Origin: Chrysomallon squamiferum
Taxonomy: Eukaryota; Animalia; Mollusca
Direction of reading: 5' to 3'
Length of the DNA: 64,000 bases
Assembly (NCBI GenBank): GCA_012295275.1
Contig: CM022678.1
Coordinates: forward strand, 16,740,001-16,804,000
This document shows, piece after piece, positions 47,155 through 64,000 of the stretch. Under the pieces are notes generated by a model that searched no databases, was not told the origin of the DNA, and saw only the letters and a program-made list of their open reading frames with translations. The first letter of the stretch is position 1. Each line of letters begins with the position of its first letter. The translations under genes and the position numbers were made by a program.

Positions 47155-48495
47155 GTAAGTGTGTTTGACTAGTTTAAATATGTATTTGAATCTGTGTGCT
47201 GCCTTTGTGTTTGTATGTGCGTATACGTTTGCGTGTCTTTTTTGTCTTAAATATCTGAGTAACATTTAAATGTTTAAGCCACATAAAATAGCCTAATTGT
47301 TTCGTTTCTTGTTAAAAATAACCAGACAATCTAATGAGAGGACAGGAAAACACAGGATTCAGAAAATTAAATTGTAATCGTAGTAGTTAAATATAAGTAA
47401 ATGAAATATAATTCTACATCGCACACAATTTATAATATCTATGTATCTATTTATCTATCTATCTGTCTATGTATCTATCCCTCGATTTATCTAGCTATCA
47501 TTCTATGTATCTATCCATCTTTCTATCTAGCTATCTATCTATGTATATGAAGCATGTTTCAAATTCACCTGCGCCGAAATACGTACGTCTCATGAAGAAA
47601 AAAACAATTATCGGCTCATGAGAGACTTTGTTATAAAAACACGTATAGCCGTAGAATTTATTTCCAGTGATTTGTGTTCCTAAGTTAAACAATTTGTCTT
47701 TATTATTTTTATTTCTAATAATAAAATCTTGTATTTATGTGTATGTATATATATATATATTGCATATATAATATTATCCAAAATGCCGGTATTAATAATC
47801 TTTCATACTGTATTGGAAAAACTTTCGTAAAGTTTCCCTCCGTATTTTAAAGTAACAGATTCTTTTCATAGCTGTATCATTAGAAAGAGCACTTTTTTTT
47901 ATATATATATATATATATATATACAGTGAAATTGAATCTTAAAGCAACTTCACGTCCAAACACTCTGAGAGATATCTGAGCAGAGCGTGTTTTTGCTATC
48001 GAACCACTTGATATGTCGCGGCCATGAAGCCGATGTACCAGCCTAAAAACATTCCCCCGCACCCAAAATTTATCACTAAATAGAATTTAAAGAATACAAT
48101 CATAAAATGTAGTTGATTTATGCAAACTGTATGTTCCTTAATTGCAATGAATGTTGCGTTATGCATAGTGATTCAGGATTCGTTAGTTACCAGATTGTAA
48201 AATACAGATGCTTTTGAGCACTCAGGATAAAATTTACATTTTATTATCTACATAAAGGGGAAATTTGGTCATTTGTACGATAATCCTTCCTAAATCCTGC
48301 TTGAATTGCAAATAGCATATCATTTCAAGGTACAACTTTAATCTCTTGTTTAACACAGAAGATAAAATAGATATAATAGGTCTATAATTTTCACCCTCTC
48401 CTGCCAATTTAATCTTAATGAAGAACACTGAGTACAGTTTAAAAATATCTAGGCGAGGTTTTTATACCGGGTTTCATGACCTGATCATGAGTGAA

Positions 48496-48890
48496 GGAAA
48501 ATATTTCCGGCGTTACACGACTTATATTGTAAATATAGATATGTGTCATTGTTAAAATATGAAAAAAATGCTTATTTTTAAATACGATCTATTCCCCATG
48601 TCCTACAAGGAAACTGAAGCTATAAATATCGGCCGAAGCGAGTATAAACAATATTCTTTGTAGTATTTTTGCAAAAGTTTAAGTATTTTTTGATATTTTT
48701 ATTTTTATTCGTCTAAAGTATTTAACATGTTAAGATAATGTGTTAGGTACAGAAGATCAAATACTGAAACATGAGTAACTTTCTCGATGACGAATTCAGA
48801 AGAACACTGAGATTTCTGTTTCACGCAGACGGAATCTTAGTTAAAAATGTCCCGGTAGTAATTCTTCTGTTTGTTTTATACGGGGACAGG
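48496..48890 (+). pseudogene. Degenerate promoter/first-exon cassette 3b
   Basis: Duplicate of 9841-10235 with the same ATG TCC CGG TAG lesion at 48847. Confidence 0.55.
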
Positions 48891-49156
48891 GAAACATAAT
48901 GTTAAAACAATTAAATTGTAAGCTTGGTAGTTCTGTATAAATAAATGAAATATAATTCTACATCCCACACAATTTAAAATATAAAAAATATCTGATTATG
49001 ATATGTTTGGTATAAAAACTACATGCAGCAGTACAGTTTATTTCCCGTTCTTAGAGTTCCTAAATTAAATAATTTAGATTTCTTATGCAGACTTTTACTT
49101 TTTTATATAATTAATTACCTTTTTGTTGTGTTTTTCATTTCGTTGTTTTAAATATT

Positions 49157-49204
<48 letters not shown>

Positions 49205-51320
49205 CAAATATACATACATATAGATATTGAATATATAAGATAACCCAAACAGCCAGTCATACACTATTGAAAAACTTTCATGAAGTTTCTTGACTGTTTC
49301 CTAGAACAGATTATTTTGTTAGTTATATCATTAGAAACGGCAATATTTTATATGTAGTAAAAAGAGAGTGAAATTGAAGACTAAAGCAATTATTCATCCA
49401 AACACTGTGTAGTAGTTTGTAGCTATATTACTTTTTGTTAATTACGATCAAAATCGAGTTAAGCATAACAAATCGGGATTCGACAACTATGAACTTAATG
49501 ACAATAGTTTTATGGTAAGTGAACAAGTCAGTTATCGAGATCATTGCAGATTTTAGAATACATATCTACTGTGTACACCGCAAAAAAATTTGCATTCGTC
49601 TCCACATGTGTAAACTTAGTCGTTTTAACAATAGTCCAACCTAAATGCTGCTTGAATTTCAAGTAGTGTATCAAATGCATTTTTAATCTATTCTTATACA
49701 CAATAGTAAAAATGTGTCTATAATTTTCCTCAACGCCTTTAAATTAAATCTTAATTAACAACAGTGAGCACAGTATAAAAAATATTTGGGAGCTGTCTTT
49801 GTTTCTGTAGCTGTGATGTTATTACATATAGGACTTATCCTTTTGCTCATAAGCAGAGGTCATTAACCTTGTCGTTAGGGACATGAGTACGCATTTGACT
49901 ACTGTGGGCGGTTTGCCCTTTTGGGTAGATCGTTTGACACCCGTAACTTTCATGTGGTGGTGTTTGTGTTTGCATGCTTGTTGTGTGTTTTTATGTGTGT
50001 GTATGCGAGTCTGTGTGTCTGTGTGCCTTTGTATGTGTATGTATATTTTTGTATGTATGTATAATAGTGTTTATATGTGTATATGTATTTGTTTGTGTCT
50101 GTGTCGTCATTCGTGTGCGTGTGTGTGTGTGTGTGCATGCACGCATAATTTTTGACATTGCATAAGAAAAAAAGGTATACTAGAAATACATGATACCCAG
50201 ACATTGTGCTGATAAATGAAATCTTAATACACAGAGATAGATATACATGCTTTATTTTAATTTAATTTAATTTAATTTATATCTATTTAATTTCCATTTA
50301 TTTCATTTTATTTTAATTCGATTATTTAACTTCATTTCATTTGTCATCATTTATTTATTTTATTGTAATTTATTTTATTTATTGTGTTTTGTTTTTATTC
50401 TATTTATTTTATTTTATTTTATTTATTTTATTTTATTTTGTTTAATTAAATTTATTTTAATTAATTTACTGAATTATTCTAATTTCCAAAATATACTTTT
50501 AAAAATTATCCATTTAAAATAATTATCCAGTAATAATAAATTAATTTTAATTTAAGTTTATTACAAATCCGTTTCATTTTGTTTTAATAAGGAATAAAAT
50601 TATTAAATAAAGTAACTATTTAATAAAAGAAAAAGAAAACGCACTTAGCATTACAAAATAAATTAAATAGCATTTGTACATTTCCATTAAATACAAATAT
50701 AAATGAATTGTTTCAGGAGCTCTGGTCGAGATAGACAATCTAGATTTTTGGTGTAAATATACTGAGGTAATTATTTAGAGTTTATTAAAACAAATTAGAT
50801 TTAAGAATAATGTACTTGTCTTAGGTGGTAATGGGGTTATATGAGTATCATAAGTATTTTCTGTCCTGTCCGCCCAACAATGCCGGATACACAGCGATAG
50901 GTAGGTGAACATTTTCAACTTGCTAAGTCAGTTGCCTTATTTACTGTTAGTGTGTTATATACATCGACAGCTGGTTTAAACATTCACATTTATGTTTATT
51001 GTTTAAGCTATTAAAGGAAAAGTTAAAACCTGTTTCATTTAAAACGGCGTGTTTTACTTCCTTTCATACATCAAAGCGATATTCTTTTCACTGTAAAACT
51101 TTTGTAAATTAATGCGAAATAGAAAAAAAAAAAAAATAAATAAATAAATAAATAAATAGGAAAATATTAAATATTTTGTTCCTCCCTTGCTATGTGCGTG
51201 TAGGCCTATACGTACATACATACATGTACGTATATGTGTATGTATCTATGTATACATGTGTGTATGTATCTATACATGTAGGTATAAATCAGTGCGTGTA
51301 CATTCGTAAGTACATACAAA

Positions 51321-51457
51321 GGGAAGTATTTCCAGTGTAGTATGATCTCTACTCTAAATACAGACATGCGTCATTGCAAAATATGAGAAAATGTTTATTT
51401 TTGTTCCATGACCTACAAGGAAACTGAAACTGCAAGTAGGACAGAAGCCATTATAAA
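51321..51457 (+). promoter_or_regulatory. Promoter cassette 3c with ISRE-like motif 51419-51431 and TATAAA
   Basis: Duplicate of 12706-12842. Confidence 0.6.
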
Positions 51458-51648
51458 CGACAGCACATTCTAGTTTTCTTTCAAAAATATATGTATTTTT
51501 TCTTTCTTTCTTCTTCGTCTAAAGTATATGTTAAGATAGTCTGTTACGAATAGAAGAACATATACTGGGAACTCGAATAACTTTCTCGCTGACGAATTTA
51601 CTAGAACATTGAGATATACGATTCTCTCGGACTGAAGTTGAATTAAAA

Positions 51649-61678
<10,030 letters not shown>

Positions 61679-62725
61679 GAATGGGTGATGTAACAGAAGC
61701 TGACTGCAAGCAAGGAAGAGGAAAATTTAAAAAAAAAGATTTTTAGTCAGAATTTTTGTTCTTTTTATGAACCTGAATCATTCCGTAATTCAGATTGCAA
61801 GAATTATAAAGGAGAAAGTATCTTCATTGGAGAGTAACCGAAATTAATGAAAGTACATTAATTGTACTGAAATCTTGAATCAAAAGAAACAATTTGTTGC
61901 TGAATTTCCAAAACGTTTCTGATGAGAAAGGACAAAAAAATAGGCCTGAGAGAAACTTGTGTCAACCAGAAAGAAGACATTCCTATAATTAAGATGGCTG
62001 CTCCTGTAATGAGTAAAGTGACCAATGGAAATATACTAAAAATTATTCTAGGTTGTCCGTTTCCATGTTTATAAAAAGGAAAACATTTAAAACACTTTTG
62101 TGACACTTATATTAAATATAAATACAGTGTGTTTAATGATGAGTGAAATGTAAAATGTCTATATATTTTTATTTGTAAATATCTGTAACTGACAATACGT
62201 GACAATTACATTTTGTGAAGAAGAGAGCAAAATGAATGTTTACATTCAGGCAGTTAGAAAACTGAGATAGTAAATATTTGCTTGAGTGTGTCTGTATGTC
62301 TGTGAATGTCCGTTTAGCTGTTTTTATTTACTTATCGATTTTATACAGAATCTGCTTTGAAAGATATTGTTTTGTAAATGGAAGATCTTACAGTTTGAAT
62401 TTATAATCATATACTGCGTAAAATATTCAGATAAACTTTTTTCTGTTTTAAACTAATAACAATAATTCAGTAGTGTGATAAGGGATACTATAAAACAATA
62501 ATAATAACATTAACAACAACTGTTATAATAAAAATTTAAAATCCAGTAAATCTTCTTAGCATTTTCTTCCTCTTTCATAGGCAGGATGGATTCTGTCATT
62601 ATAGAGATGTATGCAAAAGTTAGTATAACTAGAAATACATGATACCCAAACATTTTACTGATCAAAATATCATTTTTATACAGATTTTAAATTAAAATAT
62701 TTGTATAATAAAAAACATAATAAAA

Positions 62726-62775
<50 letters not shown>

Positions 62776-62803
62776 TAATAATATTTCCTTGAGTTATATG
62801 TTT

Positions 62804-62846
<43 letters not shown>

Positions 62847-62970
62847 GATATATTTTCACACTTAAATGCTGTTTGTTTTATTATTACTTATTTTAACTTT
62901 TATGTCTTTTTCTATATGAAACTACTTTTCTTTTCTCTGTATCACGTTTGCAAATGATGTAAAATCGTAC

Positions 62971-63066
<96 letters not shown>

Positions 63067-63266
63067 ATATTTTATTCTAAGAATGTTCCTGCCTTGAGCT
63101 ATGTATATATATATATGTGTGTACGTATGTATTTACGTACGTATAAATACATTTGCATTCGTACGTATCTACAAAGGAAATATTCCTGTGTATTACGAAA
63201 TTTATTCTAAATATAGACACACGTCACTGTCTGAAACAATGTCTATTTTTATTCCATGATCCACAA

Positions 63267-63279
63267 GGAAACTGAAACT
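63267..63279 (+). promoter_or_regulatory. ISRE-like GGAAACTGAAACT of the next cassette
   Basis: Paralog of 25045-25057. Confidence 0.55.
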
Positions 63280-63491
63280 CTCGATAGGGTAAAGCGACCA
63301 CAAACAACAGGACATTGTACAATTTTTAGCCAAATATACGTATTTTTGCTTTCTTCTTTAAATATTTAACATGTGAAGATAATGTATTACGCATAGAAGA
63401 ACAGATTCTGGGAACTGGAATAACTTTCTCTCTTACAATTTTACAAGAACATTGAGATACCCGATTCATGTGGACGCAAGTTGAATTAATA

Positions 63492-63534
63492 ATGACCTCG
63501 GTAATAATTTTGCTGTTTGTTTTAACTCAGACAG
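63492..63534 (+). CDS. Signal-peptide first exon (MTSVIILLFVLTQT-) of a fourth copy that runs out of the window
   Basis: 43 nt with a gtaagt donor, homologous to the other first exons. A further cassette begins near 63910. Confidence 0.65.
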
Positions 63535-64000
63535 GTAAGTTTATTTAAATTCGTTAAAAATGTGTTTGAGTGTGCACGTGTGTTTTGCCTGAATTATGTT
63601 AGACACACTTTAAAATAAATTACTTCATTTGTATTGTGTTAAAAATAACTTTATACGCAAATAAAAAAATTTGGACAGGAAAACACAGACTCAAACATTT
63701 TTTTTTTAGTATTCCTAAATCCTCCTTGAACTTCAATTAGTATATCACTACAAGATACAGTTTTAATCTATTGTTTAACACACTAATTAATAAATGTAAT
63801 AGATGTCATTTTTTCCTTGCCGGCCTTTTAGTTTTATTTAAGAACAATGAGTGATATTTAAAAATATCTATGCGGTGTTTTTATTCCGATAGCCATTACC
63901 TCATCACGAGTGAAGGAAATATTTTCGGCGTGATTCGACTTCTATTCTAAATATAGACATGAGACATTGCAGAAATATGAAAAACATGTTAAAACAGTGT

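Overview
AT-rich, microsatellite-dense animal genomic DNA. A mollusc or other lophotrochozoan is my guess, and the sequence alone cannot prove it. The window is mostly a ~37-39 kb tandem segmental duplication carrying a cluster of spliced, single-pass receptor protein tyrosine phosphatase genes. Reading the exons by hand gives this architecture: signal peptide, ShKT (ShK-toxin-like) domain, one ~1.2 kb exon of MEGF/Draper-like Cys-rich repeats, TM helix, Tyr-rich juxtamembrane region and one PTP domain. Copy 1 (13034-22772) splices to an open 902-aa frame. Copy 2 (25270-34416) is disrupted and truncated by an inverted 3' fragment of another paralog (34460-36570). Copy 3 (51649-61678) has two frameshifts, and a fourth copy starts at 63492. 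Copies 1 and 3 each sit behind three tandem promoter + signal-peptide-exon cassettes. The cassettes carry an ISRE-like GGAAACTGAAACT (intact in four of the eight) and a kB/ETS-like element. PTP active-site motifs are variant (WMD, HCSDG) in copies 1 and 3 and nearer canonical (WID, HCSAG) in copy 2. An intact processed inositol monophosphatase retrogene (poly-A, 12-13 bp TSD) and a full-length Tx1/L1-type LINE are inserted at the same nucleotide of two paralogous tRNA-derived SINE-like elements.
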